This document shows, piece after piece, positions 1 through 6,925 of a stretch of DNA of 40,475 nucleotides. The notes under the pieces were generated by a model. That model was not told the origin of the DNA. It saw only the letters and a program-made list of their open reading frames with translations, and made no database searches. This DNA comes from a virus. Within the stretch, counting starts at the first letter, position 1. Each line of letters starts with the position of its first letter. The position numbers and the translations under genes are program-made. The stretch lies in the UHGV virus genome UHGV-0204446; one strand, given 5' to 3'.

Positions 1-102
1 GCAATCAGGGAGCGCCCTTTTTATTTCTTCATCTAGTCTGCCTGGAAGCGCTTGACGGCGGCAATGGTCCCGCAATCAGAGCGTCCTTTTTATTTCTTCA
101 TC
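1..102. repeat. 71-bp imperfect tandem repeat (full copy 1-71, partial degenerate copy 72-102); a further copy lies at 40405-40475
   Basis: 1-71 matches 40405-40475 with 2 mismatches (unit positions 15 and 30). 72-102 repeats the first ~33 nt of the unit with a 2-nt deletion. Confidence 0.9.
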
Positions 103-203
103 AGCCGCAGCACCAGGATGTAAACCATTCTCAGTTGTTCCATATTCAGCTCCTTCAGCAGCGCCGCCACAATGGCTTCCAGTTTCTTCTTTCCGTCCTC
201 CAC
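90..203 (-). CDS. Small 37-aa protein MEDGKKKLEAIVAALLKELNMEQLRMVYILVLRLMKK (not in ORF track)
   Basis: GTG start at 203 with AAAGGAGG RBS 8 nt upstream; TAA at 92-90; amphipathic helical sequence; convergent with the repressor across the circular junction. Confidence 0.7.
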   Translation of the reverse strand: MEDGKKKLEAIVAALLKELNMEQLRMVYILVLRLMKK

Positions 204-300
204 GTTCTGTTCCTCCTTTTAATGAAAAAATTATGGTTTTCTCCGCCGCCCGTTCGACATTTCTGCCTGTTTTTCGGCTGAAATCGCGGAAGAATGCCCC

Positions 301-329
301 TTGCATTATATTGAATTATATCGTAAAAT
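301..329 (+). promoter_or_regulatory. Putative sigma-A promoter for the HTH/integrase operon
   Basis: TTGCAT (301-306), 17-nt spacer, TAAAAT (324-329); followed by an AAAGGAGG RBS and ATG at 361. Confidence 0.55.
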
Positions 330-360
330 ATTAGTGCAAATCAAAAAAGGAGGACATATC

Positions 361-507
361 ATGAAAAAAAACGATGAATTTGAGTTTTTTTCTTTTGATG
401 TGCCCCCGCCGCCGTGCCACAAGCGGTGGGGGCTATGCCGCCGGATGAACCCGCTCCCTTGCCGGCTGCAAGTTCAGCCTAGCAGGGAAGCGCCGTTTCG
501 TAAATAG
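361..507 (+). CDS. Short ORF (48 aa), possible leader peptide
   Basis: Strong RBS; Phe-rich start (FEFFSF) followed by PPPP; overlaps two GC-rich hairpins. Confidence 0.4.
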   Translation: MKKNDEFEFFSFDVPPPPCHKRWGLCRRMNPLPCRLQVQPSREAPFRK

Positions 508-576
508 CCAGATGTGGAATATCGTTTCTTAGGTGAACCATTTTGTTTCAGCTTGTTTCCAAGGAGATGCTTTTTT

Positions 577-1020
577 GTGGAAATTTCGGATTTATTGTCA
601 GAGCTGGATTCCTTGCGTGTTCAGCGCGGGATGTCCTATCAGGCCGTTGCGGATGCCTGCGGCGTGTCCAAAGCCACCATCTACCGCACCCTGACCGGGG
701 CAACGGAACCGACAATCCAGCTGGTCCAGCGGATCGAGGCCGCCGTACAGTATGTTCCGCCCTCTGCCCAGCAGCCGCCACCTGCAAGCTGCTCCAAAGA
801 AGAATATGCCGAATTTCTGCGGGAAACCATCATTCGCCAGGACGAAGAATATTCCCGCCATATCACCCAGCTGCAAACCCACTATAGCCTTTTGCGCCGC
901 CAGGACAGAAGGTCAATTGCGGTGCTTGCCGCAGCCGTCACTGTCCTGGTGATATTCCTGGTCGTCTGGCTTGTGCTGGACATCCTTCACCCCGGGGCTG
1001 GTTGGATTGCCACCCCGTAG
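577..1020 (+). CDS. XRE-family HTH protein with coiled coil and C-terminal transmembrane helix
   Basis: HTH motif LRVQRGMSYQAVADACGVSKATIYRTLTG; hydrophobic IAVLAAAVTVLVIFLVVWLVL near the C-terminus; GTG at 577 after AAGGAG. Confidence 0.8.
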   Translation: MEISDLLSELDSLRVQRGMSYQAVADACGVSKATIYRTLTGATEPTIQLVQRIEAAVQYVPPSAQQPPPASCSKEEYAEFLRETIIRQDEEYSRHITQLQTHYSLLRRQDRRSIAVLAAAVTVLVIFLVVWLVLDILHPGAGWIATP

Positions 1021-1029
1021 GAGACTGCT

Positions 1030-2160
1030 ATGAATTGTGTAAAATGTAAAAAAGCCATCCCGGAGGATGGCATCTTCTGCCCCTACTGCGGCAAAAAGCA
1101 GCAGCCGGAGAAGAAAAAGAAAAAGAAGCGTGCCAACGGTTCCGGCACCGTGATACGCAAACCAGGAAACCGCTCCAAGCCCTGGGAGGCGCAGAAATCA
1201 GGAATCTATGTTGGGGCGTATGCAACAAAATACGAGGCAGAGCAAGCCCTCCTGCGGCTGGCAGACCTGCGCGTGTCAGAAACACTGAACCTGACCTTCG
1301 AGCAGGTTTATGAGAAATGGCTGCCGGTGCATTCCCGTACACTCACAGAATCCGGCATCAGAGGATATAAATTTGCATTTTCCAAGTGCGAGCCGCTTCA
1401 CAGCAAAGTGTTCCGACGGCTTCGCACCAGCGACTTCCAGCAGGTGATTCTGGAAGCGGAAAGCAAAGGCTTATCTAAGTCAAGTTGTGGAAAAATCATG
1501 CAGCTTTTGGGGCAGCTGTCAAAGTGGGCAATCCAGGAAGAAATTTGCCATACCAACTATGCGCAATTCGTTGTTGTCACCGCCCAGCAAAAAAGCACCA
1601 AAGAGCCATTTACCGCTGACCAGATAACCGCGATTCTGGGTTCGCCTGATCCAGCTGCCCAGATTGCCGCAATCCTGCTTGCCACCGGCTGCCGCCCCAA
1701 TGAGTTGTTCGCCGCCGCCACTGCAGAAGCCCAGGAAACCTATTTCGTCTCTGGTTCCAAAACCGAGGCAGGAAAAAATCGCATTATTCCGGTTGCCGCT
1801 TTCGGCCTGTCTGCCTATCAGTCCCTCCGCGCCGCCGCCATTGAAAGCGGCTGTGAGAAGCTGATAGGCGCATACAGCGGAAACAAAAATTACGGAAAAT
1901 TTTATAGGTGTGATTGGCAAACGTTGATGAAAAGCCTATGTATTGAAAAAATGACCCCCTACAACTGCCGCCATACCTTCGTCACTCTGGCCGTTCAGTC
2001 CGGTGTCAAGCCTGAAATCCTTCAAAAAATCATAGGCCACGCCGACTATAGCACCACCGTTGGGGTATATACTCACTTGCAAAAAAATGAAATACTCCAG
2101 GAAGCCGCGAAGCTTACGGTTACAGACACGTTACAGACACAAGAAACAAAGCCAAAATAA
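1030..2160 (+). CDS. int: Tyrosine recombinase / phage integrase with N-terminal zinc ribbon
   Basis: CVKC...CPYC N-terminus; catalytic motifs GCRPNE (R), GSKT (K), YNCRHT, IGH and GVYTH (Y). Confidence 0.95.
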   Translation: MNCVKCKKAIPEDGIFCPYCGKKQQPEKKKKKKRANGSGTVIRKPGNRSKPWEAQKSGIYVGAYATKYEAEQALLRLADLRVSETLNLTFEQVYEKWLPVHSRTLTESGIRGYKFAFSKCEPLHSKVFRRLRTSDFQQVILEAESKGLSKSSCGKIMQLLGQLSKWAIQEEICHTNYAQFVVVTAQQKSTKEPFTADQITAILGSPDPAAQIAAILLATGCRPNELFAAATAEAQETYFVSGSKTEAGKNRIIPVAAFGLSAYQSLRAAAIESGCEKLIGAYSGNKNYGKFYRCDWQTLMKSLCIEKMTPYNCRHTFVTLAVQSGVKPEILQKIIGHADYSTTVGVYTHLQKNEILQEAAKLTVTDTLQTQETKPK

Positions 2161-2403
2161 TAAGTCTCAAAAAGTTCCAAAAACAAAGAAAAAAGCCACA
2201 AAGCACTTCGCTTTGTGGCTTTTTTGTGTGACTTTCAAAAGCTTACATCCCGGTCTGATTGCCTGCAAGGCAAAATCGGTGGAATTTATGCGGTATAAAA
2301 TAGGGTTATTTCGCTATCACAAGGAATAACAGCATATTTATATCGTAGAAAATTGCAAAGTGCCAGTATGTATTGTCTCAGTTACAGACACGGTTACAGA
2401 CAC
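2119..2403. other. Putative attP region with paired integrase arm-type sites
   Basis: Four exact GTTACAGACAC copies at 2119-2129, 2130-2140, 2381-2391 and 2393-2403 flank a ~240-bp mostly non-coding stretch directly after int. Confidence 0.75.
2189..2226. terminator. Bidirectional intrinsic terminator downstream of int
   Basis: AAAAAGCCACAAAGC-acttc-GCTTTGTGGCTTTTT perfect stem with A/T tails. Confidence 0.8.
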
Positions 2404-2404
2404 T

Positions 2405-2776
2405 TTAGCCGCCCATTTTGTCCAGAATCCTCTTTAGCTCTCGCTTTGTTTCCTCGTTCAGCCCAGAGCCGTCAATCGCTCTTTCCAGCTCTCCACTGTG
2501 GTACGAGTAGCCGCCATCCCTGGCATACCGTCCCATGCTGTCTCGGCGCTGACTATAAGCGGGCATACCGATACCGCCCATGCCGTCATTGTAACGGTAA
2601 TCCGGGTAGTCCCTGCGGCTGTACTGGCTGTAATCTCCCTGCTCAATGCAGTCGAGCTTGCAAACGAGGGATGCCAGATTCTTTGCCGTTTCTACGGTTT
2701 GGGTAGACAGCCCTCGGTCTGCAAAGTTTTCCAGTTCTTCTCTCGCCATCCGCTTCAACTCATTCAGTTTCCCCAT
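2405..2776 (-). CDS. Hypothetical protein with Tyr/Arg/Gly-rich low-complexity middle (RRDSMGRY)
   Basis: 123-aa ORF with GAAAGGAGG RBS; last gene of a tightly packed operon. Confidence 0.75.
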   Translation of the reverse strand: MGKLNELKRMAREELENFADRGLSTQTVETAKNLASLVCKLDCIEQGDYSQYSRRDYPDYRYNDGMGGIGMPAYSQRRDSMGRYARDGGYSYHSGELERAIDGSGLNEETKRELKRILDKMGG

Positions 2777-2794
2777 TGTTGCTCCTCCTTTCTG

Positions 2795-3229
2795 TCAGGC
2801 TACTCGCTCAATCAGCAGGTTGGCATTGGCAACGCTGATGGCCTGTGCATTGATGTTTTTGACTGCAAGGCTAACGCAGCAGCCCTTTGGCACGTCCACA
2901 AATGCTGCCGTGGTAACATTAAAGCTGCTGTCTGCCACGGTCGGAGTTACCGTTGCTGTGGATTGCTGGATAGCTTCGCCGCCGATAGACAGCGCAACGC
3001 TGATTGCACCAGGAGTGCCGCCGGTGGGAACAGCAAGGTTGCCAACAAACAGCACCTTGTATCTGGCGATGTTGGCGCAGCCGTTGCACATTCCCCGCAG
3101 CGTTACCAACCCAGCCCCTTCCCGGTGAACAACATACCCACGATTGCACCCAACAGGGGTGTCAGTAAATAGCACGTTCTGCCCTGCCTGGATGGTCTGG
3201 GCAGCACTTGCAGTAAGTTCAACCGCCAT
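2795..3229 (-). CDS. Beta-rich protein, possible BclA C-terminal/C1q-like fold
   Basis: 144 aa of alternating beta-strand pattern (AQTIQAGQNVLF; YKVLFVGNL; VSLAVKN; ANANLLIERV) with GAGGAGG RBS. The fold is inferred only. Confidence 0.65.
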   Translation of the reverse strand: MAVELTASAAQTIQAGQNVLFTDTPVGCNRGYVVHREGAGLVTLRGMCNGCANIARYKVLFVGNLAVPTGGTPGAISVALSIGGEAIQQSTATVTPTVADSSFNVTTAAFVDVPKGCCVSLAVKNINAQAISVANANLLIERVA

Positions 3230-3241
3230 GATTAGCCCTCC

Positions 3242-3958
3242 TTAACACCCACACGGGGTGTTGCAGCAATAGGGGTTCTGGACGACATACGCAGGGGAGG
3301 GGGAGGGGCGGAGCGTGTTGACCAGATAGCTGTTCTGTGCTGCCTGAGAAGCCGCCAGCCGCAAAGCCTGGTTCTCGTCCCGCAGCTGCTGGTTCTGCTG
3401 GTTGGTTAGGTAGTCAATAATCCGGTCGCCCACCTTGTCAACCGCAATCATGGTAGCATTGTGCTGCTCCTGAAGGTGATAGTTGGTGTCGCAGAATCCT
3501 CTTTCAATGGCTCTGCTGAGGCCGTTGGCCTGGGTAGCCATGTTGTAATTGGTTTCTGCAATAGCCTGCTTCATGTCGCAGCAGCAGCCGGAAAGTTGCT
3601 GAGAAACGCCATTGATAGCATTTCTCGTCTCATAGCCCTGCTGCATCTGGCCTACCTGAACGCCGTTGATAAGCTGTGCCTGGGTATAGCCCAAGTCGCA
3701 AACGCCGTTCTGGGTGTTGTCCAGCTTGCGTTCAATGGTGTTGGTGGAATCGGAAATCATCCGCTGCACCGTTGCAAAGTCACTGGCAAGCACATAGTTG
3801 TCAGCAGCACCGGAACTACGTCCGTTGTTGCCCCAGCCATTGCCCATGAAAGCAAACAGGAACAGGATGATAATCCACCACGCACCGTTGCCAAACATGC
3901 CATCGTTGTTCCGACCGGAAACGGCAGCATAGTCGGCAGGGGACATCATATCATTCAT
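3242..3958 (-). CDS. Membrane-anchored coiled-coil protein with Cys clusters
   Basis: Gly-flanked hydrophobic segment WWIIILFLFAFM; Gln/Asn-rich heptads; GCCC motif; C-terminal NPYCCNTPCGC; GGAGG RBS. Confidence 0.8.
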   Translation of the reverse strand: MNDMMSPADYAAVSGRNNDGMFGNGAWWIIILFLFAFMGNGWGNNGRSSGAADNYVLASDFATVQRMISDSTNTIERKLDNTQNGVCDLGYTQAQLINGVQVGQMQQGYETRNAINGVSQQLSGCCCDMKQAIAETNYNMATQANGLSRAIERGFCDTNYHLQEQHNATMIAVDKVGDRIIDYLTNQQNQQLRDENQALRLAASQAAQNSYLVNTLRPSPSPAYVVQNPYCCNTPCGC

Positions 3959-4007
3959 AATCTTTCCTCCTAAATTTAATATTTATAAACCGTTGCGCAC
4001 CGGTTTA

Positions 4008-4214
4008 TCACAAAAGTCGCTGGAATTGGTTTGCCAACCCAGCCAGTTGATTAAACTGCTCCTGGGTCATCTTCCCGGAGCTTAAAAGCTGCTGAACCTG
4101 CTGTTGCGGGTTCCCCTGAAAATTTGCCCGGAACTGGTTGAATTGCTGGATAAGATTTCCGATCCCTCCTGGCATGGGAACGTTGCCCCCAAACTGTTGA
4201 AAGAGTTCATTCAT
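4008..4214 (-). CDS. Small Gln-rich helical protein
   Basis: 68 aa with NPQQQVQQLLSSGKMTQEQFNQL; start overlaps the end of the upstream gene. Confidence 0.75.
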   Translation of the reverse strand: MNELFQQFGGNVPMPGGIGNLIQQFNQFRANFQGNPQQQVQQLLSSGKMTQEQFNQLAGLANQFQRLL

Positions 4215-4545
4215 TTTTCGTTCCTCCCGTCAGCGCAGCAAGCCGCTGCTCAAATTCTTCACGAGTGATGAACTGTTCTGTGTTCCCGGACGGCTCCTGT
4301 TTCTGCTCCTGGATTTCCTGATAGGCGAAAACCCGCAGGGGATTTGGAAGCCCGCTGCCATCCGCAGATTTGATATAAAATCGCTTGTCCTCACTGTCCA
4401 TCATCCACACGGCGCTCCCAGGAGCCACAGGATAGCCCTTCGCCCCGGCAATCCCCTGTACCCATACGATATTGTTATTTGCCCCCTGGCTCTGCTGCTG
4501 GGGCTGAGGCTGTGGCTGTTGTGGGTAGTAATAATTTCCAAACAT
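4207..4545 (-). CDS. Hypothetical protein with Q/P-rich N-terminus and WVQG..GAK.Y.VAPG core
   Basis: ATG at 4545 after GGGAGG; 112 aa. Confidence 0.75.
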   Translation of the reverse strand: MFGNYYYPQQPQPQPQQQSQGANNNIVWVQGIAGAKGYPVAPGSAVWMMDSEDKRFYIKSADGSGLPNPLRVFAYQEIQEQKQEPSGNTEQFITREEFEQRLAALTGGTKNE

Positions 4546-4547
4546 TT

Positions 4548-4910
4548 TTATTCCTCCCTGCTCCAAAAATAGACTGGTTCTTCCTTCCGGCAATCCCATG
4601 TGTCAAAAACCGTTCCGTTTTCAACGGCAACTACATGGTGGTCAAGCGTTAGCACATAAGTCCCCTTGGGATGCCGATTACAAAAATCCTCCACCGTGCC
4701 ATTGTCAATGGCAAACCTGCGGAATCCGTTTTGCCTCAGAACACCACCCCACACATTGTTGGCGGACGGCATATCACCCATTTGCAGACCCATCAGCGCC
4801 AGCCGGAGATATGCTTCTTCCCAGCTGCACCCTATGGCCTTGGCCACCGCCCGGACGGCACAGTCCCCCACTCGAACCGCAACAGGGTTGGGGTTATAAT
4901 ACGTCCACAT
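4548..4910 (-). CDS. Putative papain-like / C39-like cysteine peptidase
   Basis: GDCAVRA (Cys), HHVVAV (His) and DTWD (Asp) appear in papain-fold order. Confidence 0.6.
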   Translation of the reverse strand: MWTYYNPNPVAVRVGDCAVRAVAKAIGCSWEEAYLRLALMGLQMGDMPSANNVWGGVLRQNGFRRFAIDNGTVEDFCNRHPKGTYVLTLDHHVVAVENGTVFDTWDCRKEEPVYFWSREE

Positions 4911-4938
4911 CGGCATCACCTCTTACCAAAATAATATC

Positions 4939-4984
4939 AAAAAACCCGGCAAGCAGATTCTCACCTACTTGTCGGGTTTCTTTC
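4939..4984. promoter_or_regulatory. Hairpin/terminator next to a minus-strand extended -10 (TGATATTAT, 4939-4931)
   Basis: AAACCCGGCAAG...CTTGTCGGGTTT stem between the HTH gene and the peptidase gene. Confidence 0.5.
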
Positions 4985-5003
4985 AAAAAATTGTCAGGCG
5001 TGT

Positions 5004-5240
5004 TCAGAAATCAATGTTTTCAGGAAGTATTTCACTGTACTTCTGCACACTTCTATACTGCCTTTTCATATCTTTTATCCGCCTGTTTAGCGTGGCAAGG
5101 GAGATGCTGCAAGCGTGGCACTGCTTGACTTGGCTCCACCCGGCAACACGGGTTCTCAAAATTCTTTCATCCTCCGGCGTAAGGCACGCCAGCCGAATAA
5201 ATTCTTCCAGAAAAACCCGGTTCCATGGAACCGCATCCAC
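5004..5240 (-). CDS. Small HTH regulator, LuxR/sigma region-4-like
   Basis: LTPEDERILRTRVAGWSQVKQCHACSISLATLNRRIKDMK follows the LT.E..IL...G.S.......S..T..R pattern. Confidence 0.7.
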   Translation of the reverse strand: MDAVPWNRVFLEEFIRLACLTPEDERILRTRVAGWSQVKQCHACSISLATLNRRIKDMKRQYRSVQKYSEILPENIDF

Positions 5241-5247
5241 TTGTCAC

Positions 5248-5505
5248 TCAATCCTCCTTGGGGGAACTGTAGGTTCTTGCCTGTTTGCTGTCAGAGATAC
5301 CGGCGGTGGTGGGGTCGTTCACCACGCCCAGAATCACCAGTAGGCCGAACACGGCGTTGACAACGGCAACCAGCCGGTTGCCGAGTTCCCCAAAGTCCAG
5401 GGAGTAGCCGAACACCGCCGCTACGGTCTGCACCAGGAGCAGAACGGCGGGGATGAACGCCAGCCAGAAGTTCTTATTCTTGATACGTACAACCCAGTTA
5501 ATCAT
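5248..5505 (-). CDS. Phage holin, phiLC3-like family
   Basis: MINWVVRIKNKNFW start, two TM segments and GVVNDPTTAGISDS signature. Confidence 0.9.
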   Translation of the reverse strand: MINWVVRIKNKNFWLAFIPAVLLLVQTVAAVFGYSLDFGELGNRLVAVVNAVFGLLVILGVVNDPTTAGISDSKQARTYSSPKED

Positions 5506-5518
5506 TTTGTTTCCCTCC

Positions 5519-5767
5519 TTAAAGCGTAATGCCCTCGAACTCAGCGCGGATTTTCAGGCAACGGATGTAATTCCCCATGTGCTTTTTCTGCTCCTTCAGA
5601 AGATCAAGCGAGCAGTTGGGGGTGAACGGCAACGTTCCTGCCTCGTACTTCACGGTCATTGCGTCCAGTTTGTCGTACCGGATTTTTACCTGCTGGTACT
5701 CGGCCTTAAAGCGCTCCTTATAGTCAGCGCTTGTCATGCCCTCGATAGTGTCTTTCAGTTCGTACAT
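5519..5767 (-). CDS. Conserved phage protein (crAss001_48-related)
   Basis: SADYKERFKAEYQQVKIRYDKL...LLKEQ..HM.NY...LKIRAEFEGI motif. Confidence 0.7.
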   Translation of the reverse strand: MYELKDTIEGMTSADYKERFKAEYQQVKIRYDKLDAMTVKYEAGTLPFTPNCSLDLLKEQKKHMGNYIRCLKIRAEFEGITL

Positions 5768-5786
5768 TTTGTTTTCCTCCTAAAAT

Positions 5787-6086
5787 TTAATTATGCAGGG
5801 GTATCTTTCGTACCTCTTCCATCACACGTTTTGCAGAGCCATTTCCACCAGCAGCGGCGTATGGCTCATATAAGTAGTCGTTGAGGTTTTCATATTCGTC
5901 TTTGGTGATGTATCCACGCTCTACGTATTTCATTCCCAAAAACACGATACGGTCGTGGGCCATTCCCACTAGCAGCCGAGTGTTCGCATCGTTCTTCTTC
6001 CGGCGGGCCTCCAAGAAGCCCCAGAAGCCCGCCGAACCCACGAACGCCAGCAGAATGGTGATAGCGGTTTTAATCCATTCGCTCAA
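5787..6086 (-). CDS. Holin-like membrane protein of the lysis module
   Basis: TTG start after CAGGAGG; N-terminal TM helix; HDRI...Y..RGYIT.DEYENL..LYEPY...GGNG motif. Confidence 0.7.
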   Translation of the reverse strand: MSEWIKTAITILLAFVGSAGFWGFLEARRKKNDANTRLLVGMAHDRIVFLGMKYVERGYITKDEYENLNDYLYEPYAAAGGNGSAKRVMEEVRKIPLHN

Positions 6087-6105
6087 ATGGTTGTCCTCCT
6101 GTTTC

Positions 6106-6723
6106 TCAGCCGTTCCACCGGCTGTATTTGCCGTTGTCCACATGTACGCCCCAGTCGTAGCGGCCTAGACCGCCCCGGTTGGGCATCTTCTCCGCCTGTA
6201 CCTGTTCGGCAATTTCTTGCAACCGAGTGGTCGAAATGTTCCCGCCGATGGGGGCAAGGTCAATTGCCTGTCCGGTCAAATGCAGGGAGTTCCACACGCC
6301 GCCCACCTCGGCATTGTGCTGCTTGCAGCGCACACCGGAGTTGACCTTTAGCGGCACACCGGCTCTCCGCCGGATTTCGTCAGCCAGCCGCACGGTTTCT
6401 TCGGCCATTTCCGCGGGGAAGCCGTTGCAATATTTCCCGCCGCATTGACAGCGGAACTCAGCACGCCGGAAGTACCGGATTTTGTTCCAAAACGTCCCTG
6501 TCTTGGCGTTTTCCATTTTGGTTGGCGTGTACATTTTCCCCGCTGCAACTGCCGCCAGAAGGGCGGTCTGGGTCTCCTGTCCTGGGGCTCCGTCAGCTTT
6601 CATCCCCTCCGCCGCTTGAAAAAGCATCACGGCCTGCCGGGTCTGGCTGCCGATGAACCCGTCAGGTGCGCCCACTGGGTAGCCAAGATAATCCAGTAAG
6701 TCTTGTATTTGTCTGGTTGTCAT
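6106..6723 (-). CDS. Endolysin: N-terminal peptidoglycan-binding domain plus peptidase M15
   Basis: PG-binding motif DGFIGSQTRQAVMLFQ...ADG.PG..T; M15 motifs SGVRC..HN..VGG..NSLHLTGQAID and HVD. Confidence 0.9.
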   Translation of the reverse strand: MTTRQIQDLLDYLGYPVGAPDGFIGSQTRQAVMLFQAAEGMKADGAPGQETQTALLAAVAAGKMYTPTKMENAKTGTFWNKIRYFRRAEFRCQCGGKYCNGFPAEMAEETVRLADEIRRRAGVPLKVNSGVRCKQHNAEVGGVWNSLHLTGQAIDLAPIGGNISTTRLQEIAEQVQAEKMPNRGGLGRYDWGVHVDNGKYSRWNG

Positions 6724-6749
6724 TTTATCCTCCTGCGTAACATAAGCCC

Positions 6750-6766
6750 TTTTTAGTTGACTAACT
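6750..6766. repeat. 17-bp direct repeat, copy B (TTTTTAGTTGACTAACT)
   Basis: 15/17 identical to 7801-7817; lies at the left edge of the AT-rich segment. Confidence 0.7.
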
Positions 6767-6776
6767 CTTTGGAGCC

Positions 6777-6923
6777 CTAAACTTCTTTCTTATTAACGTC
6801 CATGAGGTCGTTGTACTGTTCCTCGGTAATCCTGCCAGTTGCAAAGAAAATATCAATCTTATTCTTTAAATCGTCTGTCAGACCGTTTCTCTCTTTAAGT
6901 TTCAGTAATGTTCTGTATAACAT
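6777..6923 (-). CDS. XkdX-like small tail-fibre-associated protein, 48 aa (not in ORF track)
   Basis: MLYRTLLKLKERNGLTDDLKNKIDIFFATGRITEEQYNDLMDVNKKEV; G.ITEEQY motif; GGAGGT RBS at the end of the upstream gene. Confidence 0.8.
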   Translation of the reverse strand: MLYRTLLKLKERNGLTDDLKNKIDIFFATGRITEEQYNDLMDVNKKEV

Positions 6924-6925
6924 AA

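Noticed and set aside
1..102. CRISPR mini-array (A-B-A-B-A with ~37/34-nt units)
   Set aside because: The would-be spacers are identical, the repeat lacks recognisable CRISPR repeat ends, and there are no cas genes.
76..306. 76-aa ORF from the track
   Set aside because: An overlapping frame (203-90) has the strong RBS and a protein-like sequence.
2161..2404. tRNA or tmRNA fragment at attP
   Set aside because: No T-arm (GTTCGA) or CCA-type 3' end was recognised on either strand.
4931..4966. Fourth copy of the late promoter motif (AGGTGAG...TATTAT)
   Set aside because: The upstream box matches poorly and the spacing is 23 nt rather than 20-21.
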